From: a bacterium
Lineage (GTDB): Bacteria; Electryoneota; Electryoneia; Electryoneales; Electryoneaceae
NCBI GenBank assembly: GCA_963675295.2
Contig: CAXXKJ010000002.1
Coordinates: 1,952,001 to 2,016,000 of the forward strand
Reading direction: 5' to 3'
Length of the DNA: 64,000 nt
Position numbers and translations under genes: made by a program. The stretch's first letter is position 1. Each line of letters starts with the position of its first letter. Shown one piece after another: positions 27,948-36,790 of this stretch. The notes under the pieces are model-generated. The model ran no database searches, was not told the origin of the DNA, and was given only the letters and a program-made list of their open reading frames with translations.

Positions 27948-28834
27948 CGTTTCCGCTCCCGTTGCTTGAAGAACCGGACCAGTGGCCGCAGATACGGCTG
28001 GTCGGGTTCGCTGAGGTCGATGACGACACGGTCGATGCTGTTGCGGCGGAAGAACTGGGCGATATCGTTCTCTTCCCGGGATTTGCCCAGGTGGAAGGCG
28101 GCGCGTACGGTCTTGTTCGAGGTGTCGAACCACACCACTTCGCCGGTTTCCGGGTCTTCGGCGGCGAACCAGCCGACATTCGGCAGTTCACGTTCTCGCG
28201 GATCGACGATGTGCAGCGCAACGAGGTCGTGTTTCGCACCGGCGATCTTGGCGGCGTTGCGCCAGGAATCGGATTCGGTTTGAAAGTCGGAAATGAGGAA
28301 CACGATCGCGCGTTTGTTGAGGCCGCGCAGCAGGGTTTCGAGGCCGACGGCGAGGTCGGTGCCGCGTCCTTTTGATTCCCACGCGAGCAGGTCTCGCACC
28401 ATACGCAACGTGTGGCGCGTCCCGCCTTTCGGGGGGATGTATTCCTCGAGCCGGTCGCTGAACAGGACCATCCCGACCTTGTCCTGGTTGCGGATGGCGG
28501 AGAAGGCGAGCACGCCGGCGATTTCCGCCGCCATCTCGCGTTTGAACGCCGCGACGCTGCCGAAGTCGCCGGACGCGGACACGTCCACCAGCAGCATCAC
28601 GTTCAGCTCGCGTTCTTCCTCGAACAGCTTGACAAAGGGTTTTCCTTCGCGCGCGGTCACATTCCAGTCAATGGTGCGGACCTCATCGCCCGGGACATAC
28701 TCCCGCACCTCGCTGAACTCGATGCCGCGGCCCTTGAATGCGGAATGGTATTCCCCGCTGAAAAGCTCATTGACCGCGCCGCGAGTGCGAATCTCGATGT
28801 TGCGAACCTTGCGCACGAGCTCGCGGGTGGTCAT
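27944..28834 (-). CDS. DUF58 domain protein
   Basis: FKGRGIEFSEVREYVPGDEVRTIDWNVTAR, EEREL and ISDF motifs. Confidence 0.95.
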   Translation of the reverse strand: MTTRELVRKVRNIEIRTRGAVNELFSGEYHSAFKGRGIEFSEVREYVPGDEVRTIDWNVTAREGKPFVKLFEEERELNVMLLVDVSASGDFGSVAAFKREMAAEIAGVLAFSAIRNQDKVGMVLFSDRLEEYIPPKGGTRHTLRMVRDLLAWESKGRGTDLAVGLETLLRGLNKRAIVFLISDFQTESDSWRNAAKIAGAKHDLVALHIVDPRERELPNVGWFAAEDPETGEVVWFDTSNKTVRAAFHLGKSREENDIAQFFRRNSIDRVVIDLSEPDQPYLRPLVRFFKQRERKR

Positions 28835-29823
28835 GGCACTTCCACTCCCATCAGGATGTCGTCGACGATGCTGTCGCTGGTACGTCCCTCGGCTTCCGCC
28901 TCGAAGCTCGGCAGAATGCGATGCCGCATCACGTCATGGCCGATCGCACGGATGTCTTCCGGGATCACGAACGCGCGTCCCTGCAACACGGCCCATGCTT
29001 TCGCCGCCTTGACGAGGAACAGGGTAGCACGCGGGCTGGCGCCGAAGTTGATCAACTCTTTCAGGTTGTCGAGGCCGTATTTCTCGGGGTCGCGGGTGGC
29101 GAACACCAGGTCGAGGACATAGTTCTCGATCTTTTCGTCCACGTACACCCGGTCCACGATTTCGCGCGCGGCGAGGATGTCGTTCGGATGAATGATCGGC
29201 GAGACGGTCGGCGGAGCACCGATGTGGCCGTGCAGCCGCAGAATCTGGCGTTCTTCCTCACGGTTCGGATAGCCGACCTGCAACTTGAGCATGAAGCGGT
29301 CAACCTGTGCTTCCGGCAGCGGGTACGTTCCCTGCTGTTCGATCGGGTTCTGCGTCGCGAGCACGAGGAACGGGCTCGGCAGTTTGTGCGTCTCTTCGCC
29401 GAGGGTTACCTGCTTTTCCTGCATCGCTTCGAGCAACGCCGATTGCACCTTCGCCGGGGCGCGGTTGATTTCGTCCGCGAGGATAAACTGAGCGAAGATG
29501 GGGCCGGTCTTGGTTTCGAATGTGCCTTCCCGGGGATTGTAGATCAACGTGCCGACGAGGTCGGCGGGAAGCAGGTCCGGTGTGAACTGAATGCGGTGGA
29601 AGCTGCCATCAACTGCCGAGGCAAGGGTTTTCACCGCCAGGGTTTTCGCCAGACCGGGCACGCCTTCCAGCAGGACGTGTCCGTCCGCCAGCAACCCCAC
29701 CAGCAGGCGTTCCACCATGTATTCCTGTCCGACGAGGACCTTTGCAACTTCTTCCGTGAGTTGCCGTAACGGTTGGCTGACGCTTTGAACCTGTTCGGTG
29801 ACAGCCTGAATATCCTGGTTCAT
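28831..29823 (-). CDS. moxR: MoxR-family AAA+ ATPase
   Basis: EGVPGLAKT, RIQFTPDLLPAD, DEINRAPAKVQSALLEAMQE and ATQNPIEQQGTYPLPEAQVDRF motifs. Confidence 0.97.
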   Translation of the reverse strand: MNQDIQAVTEQVQSVSQPLRQLTEEVAKVLVGQEYMVERLLVGLLADGHVLLEGVPGLAKTLAVKTLASAVDGSFHRIQFTPDLLPADLVGTLIYNPREGTFETKTGPIFAQFILADEINRAPAKVQSALLEAMQEKQVTLGEETHKLPSPFLVLATQNPIEQQGTYPLPEAQVDRFMLKLQVGYPNREEERQILRLHGHIGAPPTVSPIIHPNDILAAREIVDRVYVDEKIENYVLDLVFATRDPEKYGLDNLKELINFGASPRATLFLVKAAKAWAVLQGRAFVIPEDIRAIGHDVMRHRILPSFEAEAEGRTSDSIVDDILMGVEVP

Positions 29824-29891
29824 CGAATCCTCAGTCCCCTGTTGACGAATTGGTTTGGTTGTGTGATGGGTGAACGTATCGCACGGTTACA

Positions 29892-29920
29892 AGTGTAGAC
29901 GCCGGGGAGGTCAACAGCAA
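29892..29920 (-). promoter_or_regulatory. Putative sigma70 promoter of the moxR-bat operon
   Basis: Minus strand TTGCTG-N17-TACACT. Confidence 0.4.
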
Positions 29921-30181
29921 CGCGTTACGCGCGAATTCTTTCTCCCCGAAGTCCGCTGCCGTCACTCAACAGGACGCGGCAAAGTTCCAGATCGGTTTCA
30001 GAGCGGAGAGCGGAGGGAGAGGGGGGCGCTATGTGGCCCGATTTGGTGATTTGTCCAAGTCGGGTATCGTGAAAGGGGTGAGAGCAGACTGGGAACGGTC
30101 AACCGGATTGCGTGTGCAACAGAATGAGAGCCGGGATCTGCAATTTTCGGATCTATTTCTAAGAAAAAGTCATACGTTCAC

Positions 30182-30213
30182 TTGCGAAGCCTGAAGTTGT
30201 AGTATATACTTCA
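30182..30213 (+). promoter_or_regulatory. Sigma70 promoter with overlapping inverted repeat
   Basis: TTGCGA-N17-TATACT; TGAAGT-N10-ACTTCA spans the -10 element. Confidence 0.6.
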
Positions 30214-30216
30214 ATT

Positions 30217-30357
30217 AGGCGAGGTCGTCATTCGGTTCTACGTGCGTTAACAACGAACCTATTGGGTGCATAACGGCCCATACCTTACCATTGGGGCGTC
30301 ACGAGGCCCAATGGCGACCTGACGGAGAGATGCCACCCTGAAAACGGGGTGGCATTT
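30217..30357 (+). ncRNA. Candidate stand-alone structured small RNA of about 140 nt, family not recognised
   Basis: Promoter upstream; 11-bp closing stem 30222-30232/30310-30320; internal hairpins; terminal hairpin ATGCCACCC/GGGTGGCAT; no plus-strand CDS follows. Confidence 0.5.
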
Positions 30358-30371
30358 GCCGTTTGTCGCAG

Positions 30372-30414
30372 TCCTGAGTGCTGAGTAGTGAGTTGGAGAG
30401 TGGTGAATGGTGAG
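30372..30414. repeat. Degenerate heptamer array (NNNTGAG)
   Basis: tcctgag tgctgag tagtgag ttggagag tggtgaa tggtgag. Confidence 0.6.
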
Positions 30415-30531
30415 TTCACTGACGTGGCCGTATTGCAGAAAATGCAGACGTGGCTGCGTTGCTCTTGGATAGTGCATGCCCCTGTGACCCGCGCAGCGGT
30501 TCGCAGGGGGACACTTCAGGCCGGGTGTTTC

Positions 30532-32049
30532 TCACTTCCTCAAGATCCGGGTTCTGAGTTGAAGTGAATCCGGCGGAACCATCATGGTCGCGGTTTGATC
30601 AAGCGGAAATGGTTCTTTGATGAAATAGAATGCGTCTTCAGCGATGATGGTGTTGGGAACGAAGCCCAGACGCGCAACCAGAAGGTACTCGCCAGGTGGT
30701 GCCCATGCAGGAACATAGTGTGCTATTTGATCAATACCAATCGGGATGCCGGGTTGGATGTTTACGGCTCGTTCGAAGAACAGATTTGGGCTATCTCCTG
30801 GACCGTAGACGGCTACACGGCCACGGCAGGTGCCACCCTGGTTTAGCGTGTTGGTGATATCGACAGAATAGCCTAACCAACCGCCGATTTCCGGGATTAC
30901 AGTAGGTGAATTGAACGGCGAAAGAGTAATTGAGACTCCAACATTGGTAACTCGATCATTTTCCCACCAAGTTACCGTATGAGGGTTGTCAGTTGAAACG
31001 ACTATGTCCACATCACCATCTTCATCCAGATCCGCAATATCCATATACCCAGTTATCCCTGATTGGGAACAGAATTCAGTATCAACAAACTGATCATTCC
31101 CTGTATTTTCAAAGACTATAATTGGCCCATCATACAAATAAATGAAATCAGTATCTCCATCACGATCAAAATCCATGGATTCTACGTTTAGTCCTGAATA
31201 AAAACTTGATATATCACCAATATCTACAACTTCATACTCAAAATTCCCAATGTTCCTCTGAAAGGACTGGTAGTGTCCTTGTACAGCTACAAAATCATTT
31301 TTTCCGTCGTCATTAATGTCATCGATATCTACACCATATACAGGGTAATAATTCCCAAAGTAAGTGATTCCGGGTTGGAATCCACCATTAAATTCAAAAA
31401 CATAGGTATACACGTCCCTGTCGGGCCAAACCATGTCAAGGTCACCATCATTGTCAAGGTCACCCAGATCAAATCGACCTATACCTTGGTCACCCGAGAA
31501 CGTGGTATAGATTACCATCGGATCTGAAAATTCAAGGTCGCCGAGATTCTCCCACCAATAGACCCCGGTGTTCCCATTGCCCCCTCCTGAACTAAACAAG
31601 TCCATGTCACCATCGTTGTCAACATCGGCTGCATTAACCTGGATTGGATAGTTGAACGGACTAATCGGATAAGAAGGGGAAAATGTTTGATCGCCGTTAT
31701 TCAAACGGAATGTCAGTCCCAGATCGTAAAGACTCCCAGTTATCATGTCGATGTCGCCATCGGAATCCAAATCACCAGCCCACAACACATCAAATCCTGG
31801 ATCACCATTTGCTATCAGATGATAGCTGAATTCCCCTTCGCCTAGATTCTCCCACCAGACAAGATCGTCAACACTAGAGGCAAGAATATCGATGTCTTCA
31901 TCCTGATCCATGTCAACAGCTATAACCTCTTGTGAGAATATCAGCTCTCCGGGAAGAACATGAGGTGTGGGCTGAGCTGTGGCAACATTCGCTAAAAACA
32001 CAAGGCACAGGGCGAACGAGGCAGGGACAAGAATTCGATGTGCTTTCAT
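30532..32049 (-). CDS. Secreted FG-GAP/VCBS-repeat protein with a C-terminal Ig-like domain; visibly AT-richer than the flanks
   Basis: Signal peptide; about seven DxDxDGDxD...WWEN repeats; C-terminal ...VPAWAPPGEY...DAFYFIK domain. Confidence 0.88.
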   Translation of the reverse strand: MKAHRILVPASFALCLVFLANVATAQPTPHVLPGELIFSQEVIAVDMDQDEDIDILASSVDDLVWWENLGEGEFSYHLIANGDPGFDVLWAGDLDSDGDIDMITGSLYDLGLTFRLNNGDQTFSPSYPISPFNYPIQVNAADVDNDGDMDLFSSGGGNGNTGVYWWENLGDLEFSDPMVIYTTFSGDQGIGRFDLGDLDNDGDLDMVWPDRDVYTYVFEFNGGFQPGITYFGNYYPVYGVDIDDINDDGKNDFVAVQGHYQSFQRNIGNFEYEVVDIGDISSFYSGLNVESMDFDRDGDTDFIYLYDGPIIVFENTGNDQFVDTEFCSQSGITGYMDIADLDEDGDVDIVVSTDNPHTVTWWENDRVTNVGVSITLSPFNSPTVIPEIGGWLGYSVDITNTLNQGGTCRGRVAVYGPGDSPNLFFERAVNIQPGIPIGIDQIAHYVPAWAPPGEYLLVARLGFVPNTIIAEDAFYFIKEPFPLDQTATMMVPPDSLQLRTRILRK

Positions 32050-32143
32050 GATATTCTCCGCTTGATTAGGCAGCTCATACAGAGCATAAGATGAAGAAGC
32101 GGATTACCCATGTCCAGAGCAAGCGCAGACAATCCCGACAAAC

Positions 32144-33469
32144 TCAGATCTCCCGATCATACTCAATCTCATGCCCACGCACGGACTCATCAATCTGTCC
32201 CTGCCAGTAGACACGCTGTCCCATCACCCACGTCCCCACCGGTACGCCCTGCACTTCCGTCCCATGCCACGGCGACCATTTCGTCTTCGTTAACTGGTTC
32301 TTGTCGAGGATAGTGTGGGTCGCGTTCATGTCGATCAGCACGAGGTCGGCGTCGTAGCCCTCGGCGATCTGTCCCTTGTTCGCGAGGTGCCAGATCTCGG
32401 CGGGTTTGGTGCTCATCCAGTGCACGACCTGTTCCAACGAACACCGTTCCCGGTTGACCTGGTTCAGCATCAGCATCAGCGAATTCTCGACGGCGGGAAT
32501 CCCGGACGGTGACTTCGGATACGGCTGCGCCTTTTCTTCCAGTGTGTGCGGTGCGTGGTCGGTGGCGATCACGTCGATGGTGCCGTCCAGCAGCCCACGC
32601 CACAGGCCGTCGTTGTCGGCGAGGGTCTTGATCGCCGGGTTCATCTGGATGCGGGAGCCGAGACGCGGGTAATCGTCCACGTTGAAGAACAGGTGATGCG
32701 GGCAGACCTCGGCGGTCACCGGCGCGCCGGCCGCCTTCGCCTCACGGATCAACGGGACCTCGTCCGCGGTGGACATGTGCAGCACGTGGAACGGGTGATT
32801 GTGCCGTGTCGAGAGGTCGATGGCGCGTTTCGTCGCGACGACAGCGGCCTCGTGGTTGCGGATCTGGCTGTGGACGGCGATGTCGACATCGGTTTTATCG
32901 CCGACCAACTGTGCGGTGTTCTCGCGGACGAGGGATTCGTCCTCGCAATGGGCGCAGATGGGGAGCATCGTTTCGGCGAAAATCGCTTCGAGCGCATCCT
33001 GTTCATCCACTAGCAGGTCGCCGGTGCTGGACCCGATGAAAATCTTGATGCCCGGGGTACGTGTCGCGAATTTGAGCACGTCGAGGTTGTGCGGTGTCGC
33101 GCCGACGTAGAAGCCGTAATTGACCAGCGACTTCCCGTCGGCGAGGTCGAGCTTGTCGATCAGCGCCTCGAGTGTCGTCGTGGTCGGATTTGTGTTCGGC
33201 ATCTCGAGGAAGCTGGTGACGCCACCCTTGGCGCAGGCACGGGAAGCGGTGCGCAGGTCTTCCTTGTGTGTCAGGCCGGGATCGCGGAAATGCACCTGGT
33301 CGTCGATCACGCCGGGGATGAGATGCAGCCCGTCGGCGTCGATGACTTCGTCGGCGTGCGTGGTGCGTGGTGCGCCGATGGACGCGATTTTACCATCCGC
33401 GAGCAGGATGTTGAGCTTGGTGGTTTCGAACGGGAGGACGCAGGTCGCTCCGAGGATCAGGGTGCGCAT
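32144..33469 (-). CDS. pyrC: Dihydroorotase
   Basis: [42 protein letters not shown] and GYDADL motifs. Confidence 0.9.
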   Translation of the reverse strand: MRTLILGATCVLPFETTKLNILLADGKIASIGAPRTTHADEVIDADGLHLIPGVIDDQVHFRDPGLTHKEDLRTASRACAKGGVTSFLEMPNTNPTTTTLEALIDKLDLADGKSLVNYGFYVGATPHNLDVLKFATRTPGIKIFIGSSTGDLLVDEQDALEAIFAETMLPICAHCEDESLVRENTAQLVGDKTDVDIAVHSQIRNHEAAVVATKRAIDLSTRHNHPFHVLHMSTADEVPLIREAKAAGAPVTAEVCPHHLFFNVDDYPRLGSRIQMNPAIKTLADNDGLWRGLLDGTIDVIATDHAPHTLEEKAQPYPKSPSGIPAVENSLMLMLNQVNRERCSLEQVVHWMSTKPAEIWHLANKGQIAEGYDADLVLIDMNATHTILDKNQLTKTKWSPWHGTEVQGVPVGTWVMGQRVYWQGQIDESVRGHEIEYDREI

Positions 33470-33627
33470 GGTTGCTTCCGGCAGTGAATTCGACGCCACA
33501 AGGTAGTGTCCTCCAGCGCGGATGTCAGTACCGATGGGTTGCCAGCATGGCCTTTCAGGGTGTAACGTGCGTCCATTGAACAAGTCAGTCACACCCCGGT
33601 GACTGGGGGCACGGTTTGGGAGGAGAT

Positions 33628-34284
33628 GTGAAGACGAAGGCGTTGTTGTTGACGTTGCTGCTGACGATGCTGGCGCTGCCCGCGTTAGCGACGGAACCGG
33701 TGTATGGTGTCAAGCTGGGATTGCACAACCCGAAGGCGACCACGACCGGGCTGCTGTTCGGTTTTACGGCCGGGTCGGAGATCGACGAACGGTTCGATGC
33801 TGGTCTCGGGATTGATTTCTTCCGCAAGACGTACACGGAAACGACGGAGATCGTAGATCCGAACGGTGGCGGCCAGATCAACCCGACGATCGAAGTACCG
33901 GACTTCGAATCCAGCGTCACCATGATTCCGATCATGGCGAATGTCAAGTTCAAGATTCCGATGGGAAGCGATTTCCAGTATCCGTTGCTGCCGTATGTGC
34001 AGCTGGAAGGCGGGTACGTGCTGAGCTGGTACGGTTTTACCAACTACGAGACAGACGAGGACGAGAGCAAGTTCTTCGGCGGTTGGGGCCTGCGCTTCGG
34101 TGTGGGCGCGATGTACCAGATCGGGTCGTCGTCCCGGGTGTCGCTGGATGTGTATTACATGTCGGCGAAACTGAGCCGTGAGGACGACAACGAGGAGATC
34201 GGCCGTCCGGTGATCACCGAATTGGATCTGAGTGGTGTCGGCATCCGCATTGGCCTGCTGTTCGGCGGCGGGAAGATCGAGTAA
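33628..34284 (+). CDS. Outer-membrane beta-barrel protein (OmpA/OmpW-like, about 8 strands)
   Basis: GGAGGAG RBS, signal peptide, amphipathic strands ([26 protein letters not shown]). Confidence 0.8.
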   Translation: MKTKALLLTLLLTMLALPALATEPVYGVKLGLHNPKATTTGLLFGFTAGSEIDERFDAGLGIDFFRKTYTETTEIVDPNGGGQINPTIEVPDFESSVTMIPIMANVKFKIPMGSDFQYPLLPYVQLEGGYVLSWYGFTNYETDEDESKFFGGWGLRFGVGAMYQIGSSSRVSLDVYYMSAKLSREDDNEEIGRPVITELDLSGVGIRIGLLFGGGKIE

Positions 34285-34362
34285 GGCATTCCTGACTCCG
34301 GGGAAATGAGTGAATTCTCCGGTTGTGCTGGAACCTTGCGACACGATGAGTGTATGCTTAGA

Positions 34363-34390
34363 GCGAGCGGCGATGGTGCCGCTCGTTTTT
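34363..34390 (+). terminator. Intrinsic terminator after the OMP gene
   Basis: GCGAGCGGC-N6-GCCGCTCGT followed by TTTT. Confidence 0.75.
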
Positions 34391-34395
34391 GTGCG

Positions 34396-34586
34396 GCAAC
34401 GCGAAGAAGACACCCATGAAACATAGCGTCCTTCCAGCTGATGAGGTGAAGTCCCGGGCACCCGCCCGGGGCCTGACCACGATTCCCGCGCTTTACGTGG
34501 CGGCTTAAACGGCGGTACAGAACCGCTCTGACAGTCTCCACATCCATTCCTTACTCTGAGCAAACACTTCAAGAGACCTCGGTTGC
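34396..34586. ncRNA. Candidate structured RNA of about 190 nt (possibly minus strand; 6S-like size)
   Basis: Complementary ends GCAAC/GTTGC and three internal hairpins; lies between a terminator and the thrS promoter. Confidence 0.3.
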
Positions 34587-34612
34587 ATCGCGAAGAATCT
34601 CGCGGTTTCGCC

Positions 34613-34641
34613 TTGTTGTAGCGAAGGTGAAACGATATCTT
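34613..34641 (+). promoter_or_regulatory. Putative sigma70 promoter of thrS
   Basis: TTGTTG-N17-TATCTT. Confidence 0.45.
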
Positions 34642-34674
34642 CCCGGTTCAACTCAGGGGTGACAACGATAGCCA

Positions 34675-36660
34675 GTGAGCGAAAATATGTCGTACCAGAT
34701 ACAGTTCGAGAATGGCAACAGCGTGGATGTTGCCGAAGGTGTGCGTCCGGCTGACCTGTTGGAGGAGGCCGGTGTCAATCCGAAGAAAGTGATCGCGGCG
34801 AAGATCGACGACGAGATCGTTGAGCTGAACCGTGTGCTGCCACACGGTGGCACCTTGACCTACATCCCCAAATGCGACGGCAAGAAGCCTTGTTCGCCGG
34901 AGTCGCTGCACGTGCTGCGACACACCGCGGCGCATGTCATGGCGCAGGCGGTGATGCGGTTGTTCGACAACGTCGAGTTCGCCATCGGGCCGACCATCGA
35001 GGACGGGTTCTATTACGATTTCGACCTCGAGCATCGCCTCAGCGAAGAGGATTTCGAGGCGATCGAAGCCGAGATGAAGAAGATCATCGAGGCGGACTAT
35101 CCGGTCGTGCGGCAGGATGTCAGTGAAGAGGAAGCGTGGAATATCCTCGGCGAGCAGCGGGCGACCTTCAAGCGCGAGTTGCTGAAGGGGCTGGAAGGCC
35201 AGCAGATCAGCTTCTACTCGCAGGAAGATTTCACCGACCTCTGCCGTGGTCCGCACCTGCCGAGCACCGGCTTTATCGGCGCGTTCAAGCTGTTGAGTGT
35301 CGCCGGTGCTTATTGGCGCGGCAAGGAAACCAACCCGATGCTGCAGCGGATTTACGGCACCGCGTTTTTCACCGAGAAGGATCTGAAGAAGTACCTCAAC
35401 CAGCTGGAAGAGGCGAAGAAGCGTGACCACAAGAAGCTCGGCGCGCAGCTGAACCTGTTCATGTTCGACCAGAGTGGTCCCGGTTTCCCGTTCTGGCAGC
35501 CGAAGGGTGTGCGGCTCTACCGCGAGGTGGAGAAGTTAATGTACGAGAAGATGGATCAGTACGAGTACGACATGATCCGTACCCCGATGATCCTCAACGA
35601 GCAGTTGTGGCGTGAATCCGGCCACTGGGATCATTACCGCGAGAACATGTACTTCACCGAGATCGACGAAAAGGCATACGCGGTGAAGCCGATGAACTGC
35701 CCCGGCGGCACCCGTGTCTTCAACAGCGGATTCTACAGCTACCGTGATTTGCCGGTGCGTCAGGGCGAGTTCGGGCTGGTGCACCGTCACGAGAAGAGCG
35801 GAGTGCTCAGCGGTCTGTTCCGGGTGCGCAACTTCACCCAGGATGACGCGCACATTTACTGCACGCCGGACCAGGTGGTGGACGAGGTCGTCGGCTGCCT
35901 GAAGATGGTCCGTGATGTCTACGACCAGTTCGGTTTTAACGATTACAGCTTCGAGTTGTCGACCCGTCCGGAGAAGAGCATCGGCACCGCCGAGATGTGG
36001 GAGATGGCGGAAAGTGCCTTGAAGAAGGCGCTGGAGCAGGAAGGCATCGACTACCAGCTCAACCCGGGTGATGGTGCGTTCTACGGGCCGAAGATCGATG
36101 TGCACATCCGTGACGCGATCAAGCGCACGTGGCAGTGCGGCACCATCCAGGTGGACTTCTCGATGCCGGAACGGTTCGACCTGAACTACGTCAACGAAGC
36201 CGGCGACAAGGTACGTCCGGTGATGATTCACCGCGCGATCTACGGTTCGTTCGAACGCTTCATCGGCATTTTGATCGAGCATTACGCCGGCAAGTTCCCG
36301 ACCTGGCTCGCGCCGGTGCAGGCGGTTGTGCTGCCGATCAGCCAGGACAAGTTCGGTGAGTATGCGAACAAGGTGTACGCCGAGTTGAAGCAGGCCGGTG
36401 TGCGGGTCGAGGTTGATGACCGCAACGAATCGCTGAACAAGCGCATCCGTGAGCAGCAGAAGCAGTATGTGCCGTACATGCTGGTCGTCGGTGAACGTGA
36501 GATGGAAGACGGGACTGTCGCCGTGCGCCGCCGTGACGGTGTTCAGGTGAAGGAACCGCTCGCGATCAGCGAGTTCGCGAAGATGGTTGTCGCAGAGCAG
36601 CAGTCACGTGCTGTAGAGATGACCATCGGTGCGCCCGAGCCGGCTGCGGATCCGGCGTAA
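34675..36660 (+). CDS. thrS: Threonine--tRNA ligase
   Basis: TGS domain; RHTAAH, DLCRGPH, KPMNCP, RVRNFTQDDAH, WQCGTIQ and HRAIYGSFERF motifs. Confidence 0.99.
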   Translation: MSENMSYQIQFENGNSVDVAEGVRPADLLEEAGVNPKKVIAAKIDDEIVELNRVLPHGGTLTYIPKCDGKKPCSPESLHVLRHTAAHVMAQAVMRLFDNVEFAIGPTIEDGFYYDFDLEHRLSEEDFEAIEAEMKKIIEADYPVVRQDVSEEEAWNILGEQRATFKRELLKGLEGQQISFYSQEDFTDLCRGPHLPSTGFIGAFKLLSVAGAYWRGKETNPMLQRIYGTAFFTEKDLKKYLNQLEEAKKRDHKKLGAQLNLFMFDQSGPGFPFWQPKGVRLYREVEKLMYEKMDQYEYDMIRTPMILNEQLWRESGHWDHYRENMYFTEIDEKAYAVKPMNCPGGTRVFNSGFYSYRDLPVRQGEFGLVHRHEKSGVLSGLFRVRNFTQDDAHIYCTPDQVVDEVVGCLKMVRDVYDQFGFNDYSFELSTRPEKSIGTAEMWEMAESALKKALEQEGIDYQLNPGDGAFYGPKIDVHIRDAIKRTWQCGTIQVDFSMPERFDLNYVNEAGDKVRPVMIHRAIYGSFERFIGILIEHYAGKFPTWLAPVQAVVLPISQDKFGEYANKVYAELKQAGVRVEVDDRNESLNKRIREQQKQYVPYMLVVGEREMEDGTVAVRRRDGVQVKEPLAISEFAKMVVAEQQSRAVEMTIGAPEPAADPA

Positions 36661-36683
36661 CCGATAGCAAATCAAGCACGTCC

Positions 36684-36719
36684 AACAGCCGCGGCCCGAG
36701 AGGGGTTGCGGCTGTTTTT
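36684..36719 (+). terminator. Intrinsic terminator after thrS
   Basis: AACAGCCGCGGCCC-GAGAG-GGGTTGCGGCTGTT followed by TTT. Confidence 0.85.
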
Positions 36720-36790
36720 CTCACCGGTACACATGAAACAACACATCCCATGAGGTATATTCCCTCGGTCAACGGCAAGGGGAGGAGATC

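Noticed and set aside
30217-30357. Retron msr-msd interpretation of the closing inverted repeat
   Set aside because: No reverse transcriptase in the window and no long msd hairpin
32144-33469. DDQVH instead of DxHxH in dihydroorotase
   Set aside because: This is a known variant of a widespread dihydroorotase subfamily, not evidence of inactivation
34410-34450. Hammerhead-like GAAAC...GTC...CTGATGA and fluoride-riboswitch-like fragments
   Set aside because: Stems I-III would be 2 bp or misregistered, and the riboswitch pseudoknot complement is missing
34500-34530. T-box-like GGCGGTACAGAACCGC upstream of thrS
   Set aside because: Does not match the T-box consensus, no terminator follows, and the predicted thrS promoter lies downstream
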